This document shows, piece by piece, positions 52,313-64,000 of a DNA stretch of 64,000 nt. The number at the start of each line of letters is the position of its first letter. Position 1 is the first letter of the stretch. A model generated the notes under the pieces. The model searched no databases. It saw nothing but the letters and a program-made list of their open reading frames with translations, and was not told the origin of the DNA. Location of the stretch: positions 8,436,001-8,500,000 of the forward strand of contig CAVNZM010000012.1 in NCBI GenBank assembly GCA_963693365.1, read 5' to 3'. Source of the stretch: Amoebidium appalachense (Eukaryota > Protista > Ichthyosporea). Both the position numbers and the translations under genes were made by a program.

Positions 52313-55300
52313 CCCCCCCCCCCCTCTCTCTCTCCCCCCCCCTCCCCCTCTCTCTCTCTCTTTGCCCCCTCTCCGTCCCTCCATCCGTCCCTCCCTCCCT
52401 CCCTCCCTCCCTCGCTCCCTTCTTCCCTCCCTCCCTCTCTGTCTCTTTCTCCCTCTCTCTCTGTGCCCCTCCCTCCCTCCCTCCCTCCCCTATCTTTCTC
52501 GCTCCCTCCCTCCCTCCCTCCCTCCTTTCCCTCTCCCCTCTCTCCCTTCCCCTTCCCCTCCCCTCCCTCCATCTCCCTCTCCCTCTCGTTTTTCCTCTCC
52601 CTCTCCCTCTCAGTCGTCTCCTTCCCTTCCCCCCCCCCCCCCCCCCCCCCCCTCCCCCTGCCCCTCCCCCTCCCTCCCCTCTCCCTCCCCCTCTCCCTTC
52701 CTCTCTATATCTTTCTTTCTCTTTCTCTCTTCTCTCTCTCGCTCTCGCTCCGCTCTCGCTCTCTCTCCCCACCCACCTTTCCTCTCTCTCTGTCTCCCTC
52801 TCTTGCAAAGAGCTCTCTCGCTCTTTGTCTCTCCCCACTTCCCCCATTCTCGTCCCCTCTCTCTTCCACTCTCCATCTCCCTTTACTCTTTCTCTCCGCC
52901 TCCTTCCCTTCCCTCTCGTTTATTTCTTCTCTCCTCTCTTTCTTTCTCTCCAAACCCCCCTCCCCCCCCCCCCCCCACGCCCTTTTTGTTCCCCCTCCTG
53001 CCTCTCTCCCTCTCCTCCTCTCCTTCTCTCTATCCCCTTCCCGCCCTTACCTCCTCTCTCTGTCTCTCTCTCTCCCTCCCCCCCTCATCTCCCTTCCTCT
53101 CTCTCTCTCCCTCCCCCCCCCCCCCCCCCCTCTTTCCTCCTCTCTACCCGACTGGCTCCCTTGCTTCCCTGTCCCTTCTTTTCTCTTTCTCCTATTTCCT
53201 CTTTCTCCGTTCTGCTCTCTCAACATCTCTCTCTCTCCAAAGGCTGTTTCGTCGTTTCAACCCCCCCCTCCCCCCTCCCCCCAGCCCCACCCCACCCACT
53301 CGTCTCCATACAAACACCACTATGCGCATTTTCTCCCAAATCTCCGCCTTTTTGTGGGGGGGGGGGGGGGAGGGGAGGGGGGGGGAGGGGGGGGGGGGCA
53401 CTTGCATGCTAGCTTTTTGCTCACATAACCCACCACGTCATTTAATTGACATGTGACATCTAAGAAGTGTGTGTGCATGTGTATGCCATGTGCATACATA
53501 GGCTGGTGCTTGCAGCTGTGCCGTAAATCTTATTTTTTTTCCCTCGCATTTATTTTCGTTTTGTCTTCTTCGCACAATTTTCTTTATTATTATTTTTCTG
53601 TAAATTATTCTTTTATGTTGTTTTGTTTTTTTCTTTTTTTCATCTGAAGCAACCAATAGATCTCCACCGTCACCCAATCACGTGACTGACTGTGTGCACC
53701 CGCAGATGCCCCCCTCCTCCGCCTTCCCAACGAGCTTCTTTTTCAGATTATTCGCCATCTGCCCCTTGCCAGCCGGCTGTCGTTTTCCCTCGTGTGCCGT
53801 CGATGCTGCGCCCTGGCACGGTCGCCCCAGGCAGGCCTAGTCGCAATATCCGCTTTTTGTGACGAATCGGAAGGGGGTCAAGAATGGGACAGGTTTGTGG
53901 TTTGTGATTTGGGCAAGATAAAACCGTGGCATGCGGCAATCGGGGGAAGTCAGATGCGCATTCGGTCAGGAATGGTTTGGGGGGGATTCGAGTGAAGAGC
54001 AGCGAAATTGCGCACTCCAGTTTTGTCGAGGAATCGCCGATCTCCCGAACGTGGTCACGTTGAAAATTTCACAGCAGACAAGGCCCCTGCAATCCCAAGA
54101 TCAGGAATTTATGGAAAACATTGTGGAAATCGCACTCGGATCGGTCGGGGATAGACAAAAATCCGTTGTTTGGAACAGCTACCGCGGGTGTGATACGCCA
54201 ACGAAGTTCTTACGGATTGTATGGGACCGATGTCCCGTTTTGGAAAGCCTTTTTCTGCAGAGTCCCTTCCTTCCGTTCATAGGCGGTGTGGACGAATCGA
54301 CCAATCAGAGACACCCGAACCTAAAACACCTCAAATTCCAAATACATCTACATGATAGCCTCGATGATACGTTGCCGGTGATAGCCCGTATGTTTCCAAA
54401 TATGGAAGACGTGGTTATCAATGTCAGATATCGGCTGCCCGCTGTGGTGTTCGATTTTAGAGCCCTGGCGGCGTGGGAAAATTTGAAATCCCTATCGATA
54501 ATTTCAGACCAGGCCGCTAACGATCAGGCGGTGGTGGTGCCGCACCTTCCTAATTTGGAAGTGCTCTGGATCCAGTTTGGGGGAAATTTGAATATGTCAG
54601 CGATCGGACCTTGCAGGAATTTGCGCAAAATCGCCATCCAATGCGAAAACATCCAGGGGGGTTTCCCGAACATCGAAACGAACCAACTGGAGTCGTATTC
54701 CAGAAAGCCCTTTGCCTTCCCCGACGAGACGGAGCCTCGCGAATCGCCACCGGCATTCTTGGGCCAATCCGCCAAAACGATGAGAGAACTTTCCCTTCAC
54801 AACGTCGCATTTTCTAGCGCATGGCTAGGCCAATTTTCCGCCCTCACGTCACTTTCCATTACGAACTGTGTTGTTTCGGTCGGTGAGGGGGCACCAGGGA
54901 CCGATAGTGCAATCGTATTGGATTGCATGCCGTTGCTAAGGGAGCTAACTATTACTAACAGCGATGGAATCACACACATTTCAGCGACGTCCGAACATAG
55001 GCAAATACGGAGGGTGACGGTCGAAGGATGCAAGTCTTTGCACAACGTCGAAGGAATTTCGAAATGCACCAAGCTGCGAGTCGTCGTATTTTCAGGCTGT
55101 CCCGAACTCGACGTCGCAACCGTCCAATTCCCGCCATCCATTGCCGATTTGACGCTTGAAGATGTTGGCGGGGACACACTGTTTCAAATCAACCACCGCA
55201 ACCTGCGGGGGCTAACAATTTGCAGATTAAACGACCTCACCACATTTGGCAATGTGCCTATGTGCGCACCCATGCTTAAGGAGGTCAGCATATACGGATG

Positions 55301-55568
55301 CCCCGATTTGGTCAACATCAGTGCACTGGCAGGCGCCACGGCCCTTAAAACACTCGGGTTGCACGGCGTGCGTTCGTTGCGAAACCTCGAGTCTTTAAGC
55401 GGCCATCCGAACCTCTCCTGCGTGGTGGTGGATGAATCTCCAAACATAGACCTTACCGCCCTTGAAACATGCCCCAAGTTCACAATGTCGTCCAAGTCTA
55501 TACGAAATCGTTGGCCCAAGTCAGATGAGGAAGAGGAAGGGACGGAAGAGAATGAAGATGAAGTATAG
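51946..55568 (+). CDS. F-box / leucine-rich-repeat protein (copy 1); one +1 frameshift in a G5 run
   Basis: Exon 1 51946-52006 (MRTRSKNARALVPGPKTATQ); exon 2 from 53706: F-box LLRLPNELLFQIIRHLPLASRLSFSLVCRR, then LRRs (LRELTITNSDGIT, LKEVSIYGCPDLVNISALAG). Alignment to copy 2 shows one extra G at 53942-53946 (error or real). Confidence 0.85.
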
Positions 55569-55599
55569 AGACGGGGCCTTGGCTGCGCACAGGTACGGA

Positions 55600-55648
<49 letters not shown>

Positions 55649-56151
55649 AAAAAAAAAAAAGGAACACACGAGCACGTTCCGGCCGTTTCATTTCTTCCCT
55701 CGATCTCTCTTTATCCATGCGATTGGTACAGGATCATGTGCGTGCACACATATGAAAGTATGCACCTACACCGCACTTTTAGGCCCACAAGCCCGTGCCC
55801 ATTGGCCCGTTCTATTTATAGCACATGCCGGCATATGAAACCACGTGCACGTGCCGATGAGGCGCAGAGAGATAGAGACACATGCACATTCCTACGTTTA
55901 CACTTACAAGACCTGCCACTGCCCTTTGTTCCTCTTCTCTGAGACCCCCCCAAACCCCCCATCCCCCCTTCCTTTCAGTTTCATCAAAAAACATACACTC
56001 ACACTAGACACAAGCGGCCCTTAAATCTTTTAATTACACCCATACAAACACACACACAGCACACGCACGCACGCACTGTCTCTCTCTCTCTCTCTCTCTC
56101 TGCCCCCTCCTCCCCCCCTCCCCCTGCTAGTTGGCAGCACCACCTACTCCA

Positions 56152-56186
<35 letters not shown>

Positions 56187-56220
56187 CCCTCACACCACAC
56201 ACACACATAATAATCTCTCT

Positions 56221-56283
<63 letters not shown>

Positions 56284-56287
56284 CTCG

Positions 56288-56318
<31 letters not shown>

Positions 56319-56549
56319 TCTCTCGCTCGCTCTCTCCTCTCTCTCTCGCTCTCTCTCTCTTTCTCTTTCGCGCGCGTGCACGCCCTCCGCCCGCCCCTCT
56401 CTCTCTCCCTCCCGCTCCCTCTCCTCTCTCTATTTCTCTCTCTCCTCCCGTTCCCTCTCCTCTCTCTATTTCTCTCTTTCCTCCCCTCATCCTCACTTCT
56501 CACTCTCCCCCCCTCCCTCCCTCTCTCTCACTTTCTCCCTCTCTCTCGC

Positions 56550-56583
<34 letters not shown>

Positions 56584-56687
56584 CTTACACACCCGCACAC
56601 ACAGACACAGACACGCACACACCCACACCCACAAGACCTATGCCACAGGCATGCTACCCCCCCTCCCCCCCCCCTCCCCGCCCCGCG

Positions 56688-56732
<45 letters not shown>

Positions 56733-56761
56733 ACTCACACACACACACACACTCACACACT

Positions 56762-56794
<33 letters not shown>

Positions 56795-57403
56795 ACACTT
56801 ATGCATACTCACAGACTCACACACAAACACATAAACACAACCTCACTCAATCACTCACTCACACACACATGCCTCACCCACCTACTGTATCCACCTCCCG
56901 ACCCTCCCACTCACCCACCCACACCCAACCCCACAGACCCAGCGCCCACCCCCCCGTGTGTGTGGGCTATCGATGCTGTGGTGGCCGAATTTGGGCTTCA
57001 ACACGGTGACGGATTGGGTGGGTGGAGCGGCTACGAGCAAGGGTTGTTTTATTCAGTGTGTGTGGGTGTGGATAGATGGGTTGGCTGGAGCCTTTATTTT
57101 TTTATTTATTTTTTTAACCCTCCAAAAGTAAAAAAAAAATGCAATCGTGGCATTTTCTTTTTATGATTTTTCCTGCAAAATTTGCATATCATAGAACATA
57201 TCTGGGAGTGGTCTTGTCTTATCGTAGATCTTACCTCAGAGTTGTCGGCTTTTCATTCTCTGCGTGGAGTTTATGTGAAATTTTATACCGAGATATATTC
57301 ATGAAATGTATAGTCTTCGTCTTGGAATTATTATATCGCGCATTACTTTCATCGGGGTTTTCATTTAGATTTCTCGGTCCCTATCTAGGAATTCTCATAT
57401 ATA

Positions 57404-57480
<77 letters not shown>

Positions 57481-58108
57481 TATATATTATAGTCATGGAA
57501 TTTTCGAACCCGACACCTTCCTTTGTGCACTTCGGTTTTTTTTCTCGCCGTGTTTAAGCTCTCGTAAACCCACACACATGCACGCATGAGTGCTGGGGCC
57601 CTCGCCGCGCACACTACACACACACGCACACACACACACACACACACACATGCACGCACGCATGCCACACGCATCGCACACGCACACGTAGTACACAGCA
57701 ACATAATATAAATTGATGGAGTTAGCCTATTGATTGACGGTCACCTTTGCATTGCCGCTTTCAGATAGATGCTTGGAAACTGCTCCCCCCACCACCACCA
57801 CCACCACCACCTTTTTTTTTTTTCTTTTTTTTTTTCATGACCCCCTTAGTTATAGCGTTGGCAAGTACAAATCCAGTAGTACACATGTCTTAGTGGTGAA
57901 TGTGTGTGTTGGTGTTGGTGACACTCTTGAGAACTTGCAATCATTCATGTGGTTGTTTTGTCATTGACTTTGATCAAAGCATATGCATGCTTCAACTTGA
58001 AGTTACATGCTTATCGACCATGACTCCATGCATATGGTGTGTGTCAAAATCTCAACAAGGTCGGACCAGCCGAGTTTATGTGCGATCTGTTGTTCGCTCG
58101 CAAATGAG

Positions 58109-58151
<43 letters not shown>

Positions 58152-58479
58152 TTCCCGCGCTCCAATTCTTCTCGAAGGGTGCCCCGGGTGTGTGTGTGTG
58201 GGAAGGGGGTGCGCGGGGGGGGGGGGGGGGGGGGAGGCCCTTTGAAATTGACCAATCAATTATGATTTTGTTAGCCATAAATGGTCATTTCATCATTAAT
58301 CACCTCGAGGTCAGGTTTGCTGAGTCAAGCACGTACTACATAATAGTCGTTGTAGCTGGAGGGCTATACTCCTACTTTTTTATTGTTTTATAATATTGTA
58401 TGCGGTTTCCTGTAAGTATAGTAGTAAGCATAGCCTGAAACACCTGCTTCTTCCCATCTGCCAGTCTGCGCTATGCATC

Positions 58480-59069
58480 ATGGGGGATAAAAGTAAGAAC
58501 GCAGGCGTCTTGGTGCCGGGTTCCACCACCGTCACTCTAGGTATGTGTCGAGGGTTGCTGTGGCAGTGCAAAGCAACAGGGCTGATAACATGTGGTGGCT
58601 TCACAGAGGCAGTTATGCTTGATGTTAACGCTGTATCGCCGCGTGTATTGATGCTTTGCCGTTTTCGGCAGACACCTCTATTTCTCTGTCCCCTCCCTCC
58701 CGGCTCCTTCCCTCTCTCCCCCTTCTCCCCCCCCCCCCCCCCCCCCCCCCTCGTTCTCCCTGTCCCTCCCCGTCTCCCTCTCCCTGCCCGTCTCCATCTC
58801 CCTTCCCCTCGCCCTCCCCCCCCTCCCCCTGCTCCTCCCTCTCCCTCTCCCTCTCCTTCTCCCTCTTCCCCTCTCTCCCCCCTCGCCATCTCTCCTTCTC
58901 CCTCCCCCTCTCCCCCTCTCCCTCCCCTCTCCCTCCCCCTCTCCCTCTCCCCCCCTCCCCCTCCCCCTTCCCGCCCTCCCTGCTCGCCCTGACCCTCCCC
59001 CTCCTCCTCCACCTCACCTCCCCCTCCCCTTCCCCTCCCCCCTCCCCCTCTCCCTCTTTGCTCTCTCTC

Positions 59070-59104
<35 letters not shown>

Positions 59105-59180
59105 CTCCCTCCCTCCCTCCCTCCCTCCCTCCCTCCCTCCCTCGCTCTCGCTCTCGCTCTTGCTCTCTCTCCCTCCCTCC

Positions 59181-59215
<35 letters not shown>

Positions 59216-59415
59216 GTCCCTCCCCCCCCCCCCCCCCCCCCCCCGTCCCCACCTGCTCTCTACATCTCTCTGTTTCCCTCTTTCACTCAAAACTCTCGCT
59301 CTCTCTTGTCTCTCCACCTTCGCCCTACCCTCTCTCCCCCCCCCCCCCCCCCCCCCCCCCCCTCGACTCTCTCACTTCCGTTTTCTCTCTTCCTCTCTCT
59401 CTCTCTCCCTCTCTG

Positions 59416-59455
<40 letters not shown>

Positions 59456-59558
59456 ATACACACGCACATATATATATTTATATATATAATAATATTATAT
59501 ATATATATGCTCCCTCCCTCCCTCCCTCCCTCCCTCCCTCCCTCCCTCTCTCTCTCTC

Positions 59559-59653
<95 letters not shown>

Positions 59654-59963
59654 CTCTCGCTCCTCTCTCTCTCTCCCTCTCTTCCCTTCTCTCCCTCCCT
59701 TCCCCCTGTACATACTGTGTCACTTTCTCACCACTCAACCTTGTTTCTTGTCGTAGCACGGCTGCACATTTCTATCCACAATGCACAAGGGTAAAAGAGG
59801 ATTTGTTTTTTGTGCGTCACAACACTTTTTTTCTTGCCCTCGGTTTCATACGTCTCCACTATGACGAAATCCCCCCCCCCCCCCCCCCCCCCCCCCCTCT
59901 TCCTCTCTTCCTCAGTACTAAGATTGCAGAGAACGCGCTCACTCACGTGCGAGCGCGTGCGCA

Positions 59964-60005
<42 letters not shown>

Positions 60006-62697
60006 CGCACACACGCACACACACACGGGCGCACACACATGCGCGGGTACACACCCAAACATACCCACATAATCACACACACACACACACACACACACAC
60101 GTGTTTTGGTGCCACGTGAGGGGGGGGGGGAGGGGGTGGTCGGGGTGGGGGCGGGGGGGGTTCCCCCTCCCTGGCCCGCCCGGCCCCCGCCCCCTCCCCC
60201 CCCCCCCCCCCCACACCCCCCTCCCCTTCCCCCCCCCCCCCCCCTACCTCCCCCCAGCCCCTCCCCCCTCTCCACCCTCCCCCCCCCCCCCCCCCCCCCC
60301 ACCGCCATTGCTTACGGGCTAGGGCACTCTTATATACAAAAAAAATCCACACTCGCCTCCATACAAACATGACTAAAATGATTATATCCCGAAGCAAGCG
60401 CTCTATTGTTCTTTGAAAGCACTTGTATGCTAACTTTTTGCCCACACAACCCACCACCACTGTATTAATTTGTCATATGTCACATCTACTATGTGTGTGT
60501 GTGTGTGTGTGTGTATGCAAATGACATGTGTATAAATTTTTACGTGCGGCATCTTTACCGTACATCTTTGTTTTTTCTCTTCACATTACGTTTCTGTTTG
60601 TATTTTTCATTATATCTTTTTTCTTTTTTTCTTTTTTGTATTTTCAATCCAACCGCCTGTTTCTTGAAGAGAACATTGTATTCCACCGCCACCCTTGTCA
60701 CGTGACTGACTGTCTGCACCCGCAGATGCCCCCCTCCTCCGCCTTCCCAACGAGCTTCTCTTCCAGATTATTCGCCATCTGCCCCTTGCCAGCCGGCTCC
60801 CGTTTTCCCGCGTGTGCCGTCGATGCTGCGCCCTGGCACGGTCCCCCCAGGCAGGCGTAGTCGCAATATTGGCTTTTGCACACGGGAAACAGGACGAGAC
60901 TGTTTTGTCGGAGGCGGGTGAAAATGGATCGGCAAAGAAAGGGGTCAAAAATGAAGCTGAATGCGGGGAGGAAGAGAGCGAAAATGAATCGGAGTGGGGG
61001 GAGGAGGAAGATTGTTTTGCCGTGTGCAGGTTGGGGAAGATGAAAGTCTGGCACCCGGCAATCGGAAAAATCAAATTCCATTTTGACCCGGAATGGACTT
61101 GGCAGAACGACAAACACCGGAATTTTGCACGCCAATTTTGCCGAGAATTGGCCGTTCTCACGAACGTCGAAACGATCGAATATACGAAGACAGGGGACAT
61201 GAAGGGCATAAATGAGGAATTTTTGCATGTTCTTTTTGACGAGGCGCTCGGATCGGTCGGGGGTAGCCTAAAATCGCTGGTTATTTCAAGCGTTTTCATC
61301 CAATCGGACTCGCGAAACAAAATCGTGCGGTCAGTGACGAGCAAATGTCCCGTTTTATAGAGTCTTTGCGTGGATAATTCCCAAGTTTCGTTCTTCGAGG
61401 GTTTGGACCAATCAATCAATGAGAGCAACCCGAGTGTGAGGAAACTAAAGTTCGATATGTGTTTGAGCGAAGACGACATTTACGTATTACCGACGATTAC
61501 CCGGATCTTCCCAAATGTGGATGAGATTGCGATCGATTATTGCGCTCCGCTGCCAGATGATACGTTCGATTTCAGCCCTTTGGGGGTGATGGAGAATTTA
61601 AAATGTTTCTGGCTAAAATTGTTAGACGGTTACGAGAACAATCGGGTGGTGATGCCGTACCTTCCTATTGTGGAAGTGCTGGAGATTGAGATAAAGGGAA
61701 CGCTGGATTTGTCAGCAATCGGACCATGTCAAATTTTGCGCAAAATTGCCATTGCTTGCGACAGTGTCCAGGGGGAGTTCCCGAATTTGGAGACAAACCG
61801 ATTGGAGTCGTTTTCCAATAAACCTGAACTCGTCGATTTCGACGGTCCCTCGCCGCGAATCGCCACTGGCATTTTCAATCCTTAAAAACGATGAGAAAAC
61901 TCACCCTTTATAACGTCGCATTTTCTAGCGCGTGGCTAGCCCAGTTTTCCGCCCTCACGTCACTTTCCATTACGAACTGTGTTGTGTCGGCTGATGAGGG
62001 GGCACCGGGGACCGATGTTGCAATCGTATTGGATTGTATGCCGTTGCTAAGGGAGCTAACCATTGAAAACAGTGATGTAATCACGCACATTTCCGCAATG
62101 TCCGCACACATGCGTCTAGGGAGAGTGAGAGTCCAAGCGTGCACGGGACTGCGTGATGCGACAGGAATTTCGAAATGCAACAAGTTGCAGGACGTTGCGA
62201 TTTCACACTGTTTGAAACTCGACGCGGTGCGCATTAAACCCCCGCCGTCCGTTGTCGATTTGTCGCTTAAAGATATTTGCGGGAACATGCTGTTTGAAAT
62301 CAAACACCCCCACCTGCGGAGGCTAAAGATTGGCCGAGCAAACAACCTCATCACATTTGGCAATGTACCCATGCACGCACCAATGCTAACGACTCTTTAC
62401 ATAAGCATGTGCCCCAAATTGGCCAACATTGATGCTTTGGCCGGGGCCGCAGCTCTTAAAATCCTCGATTTCGAAGGATCGGTTTCCTTACGCAGCCTCG
62501 ATTCATTAAGGGCCCACCCGAACCTCCGCCGCTTAAATTTGGACGAATTTTCAAATATGGTCCTTATTCCTCTGTATACTTGTCCTCAAATTAAACTCTG
62601 TTCTGTTTTCGCTAAAAATCCGTCCTGGGAGACGGAGGAGGAAGGGAAAAGGATGGATGAGCTCATGCGGGCAATGTATAAGCGGCCACGTGCTTGA
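58480..62697 (+). pseudogene. F-box / LRR paralogue (copy 2) with in-frame TAG and net frameshift
   Basis: Exon 1 58480-58540, exon 2 from 60726. TAG at 61358-61360 where copy 1 has GAA; indels at about 61845-61890 shift the frame; terminal TGA at 62695-62697. Confidence 0.82.
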
Positions 62698-62893
62698 GGT
62701 AAATAATATGGAGACCCCCCCCTCCCCCCCCCCCCCCCCCCCCCCCCCCCCACACACACACACCCTTTCACTTTCGTGAACGACTTGTTGATGCACTCGC
62801 CCGTGCGCGCACACATATTCACAATGACACACGTACACACACACTCAAACACATCCATGCATGTACACGCACACGCACATGCATACGCATACA

Positions 62894-62948
<55 letters not shown>

Positions 62949-63180
62949 GCCGCGCGCACTCACTTCATGACAGGTGCACATTGCTAGTTTTAGAAGCACG
63001 TGCCGATAAGGGGCAGAATGATCGACACAGATGGACGTGCACACTTGCACATTCATACTTTCACACCACCTCAGACACCCCCTTCCCTTCTTCCAAAGCT
63101 CTGCCTCTTTGTCCCTGCCGTGCGTTTTTTAATCATCTACGATGTGTTGTTCGTCGTAAAGGGTACTTCATACCCTGTAT

Positions 63181-63226
<46 letters not shown>

Positions 63227-63269
63227 TTTATGTTTCACTAACAGAAGACACTCATGCACACTCACCCAC

Positions 63270-63312
<43 letters not shown>

Positions 63313-63387
63313 TTTTCTCCCCCCCCCCCCCCCCCCCCCCTCCCCCTTCCCACCTCTTACCTTTCTCTCCCTCTCTCTCTCTCTCTC

Positions 63388-63439
<52 letters not shown>

Positions 63440-64000
63440 CCTAACACCCCTTTGCTCCCCCCCCTCCCCCTCCACCTTGCCTTTCCCTCCGTTCACTCAG
63501 AAACAAGCTACATGCACCAGGAGGCTGCTCACTCACCCACTCCACCCAACCCCACAGACCCAGCGCCCACCCCCCCGTGTGTGTGGGCTATCGATGCGGT
63601 GGTGGCCGAATTTGGGCTTCAACACGGTGACGGATTGGGTGGGTGGAGCGCCTGGGAGTTATGGGTTTGGATTCGGCAGTGTGCTGTGTGTGCAAAAAGA
63701 TGGATTGGAAGGAGTCCATTGTTTTATGAAGGGGGAAAAAAAGTTAAAGGTGGCATTTTCTGTTCAGGATTTTTCTTGGGAAGTGTACATATCATATAAT
63801 ATATCTGGGAGTGTTTTTGTCTTGTAGAATTTATATCCGAGTTCTGGGCTTTTCATTCTCCGCCTGGAGTTTATGTGAAAGTTTGCATATCATGAATATA
63901 TCTTGGAGTTTTCTTTTTATAGTCTTCGCTGACAGTGGGATTTACATATCGTAAGGATTTAGAAAGTTCTGGGGTTTTAATCTGTACATGTAAGTCCTTA

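Noticed and set aside
52155-53456. 433-aa Pro/Ser/Leu ORF and the many poly-P, poly-G, HT, CV and ER ORFs across the window
   Set aside because: Microsatellite and homopolymer translations; this one lies in the F-box gene intron.
53931-53945. ATG at 53931 as the start of the LRR protein
   Set aside because: The F-box and exon 1 lie upstream in another frame, and the paralogue shows a continuous frame here, so this start is a by-product of the frameshift.
61358-61360. TAG read-through or alternative genetic code
   Set aside because: TAG is the normal stop of copy 1, no in-frame TAG occurs in the 22 ABCG exons, and copy 2 also has a frameshift, so pseudogenisation is simpler.

Overview
Eukaryotic (probably protist or algal) genomic DNA with long GT-AG introns full of G/C homopolymers and (CA)n/(GA)n microsatellites; most ORFs in the supplied track are translated microsatellites. 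By hand splicing I recover a 22-exon ADP1-type ABCG transporter with an EGF-like ectodomain (minus strand, runs off the left edge) and a probably intronic tRNA-Ser(GCT). Also present: an unknown multi-pass membrane protein, a cAMP-receptor-like 7TM GPCR plus a broken paralogue, a TPR (SRFR1/TTC13-like) fragment, a decayed OTU-domain gene, and a tandemly duplicated F-box/LRR gene whose second copy is a pseudogene. Mobile DNA includes a TTAA-flanked foldback element and a small MITE. The most notable feature is about 18 copies of a 5'-truncated retroelement 3' end, all in one orientation and nearly all abutting poly(G)/poly(C) tracts. Its longest copies carry all three hammerhead-ribozyme core strands (GUH, CUGAnGA, GAAA) with a covarying stem III, but in an order that is not a circular permutation (not type I, II or III). 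This suggests a pseudoknotted hammerhead in a C-tract-targeting, possibly Penelope-like element. Activity and novelty are untested.
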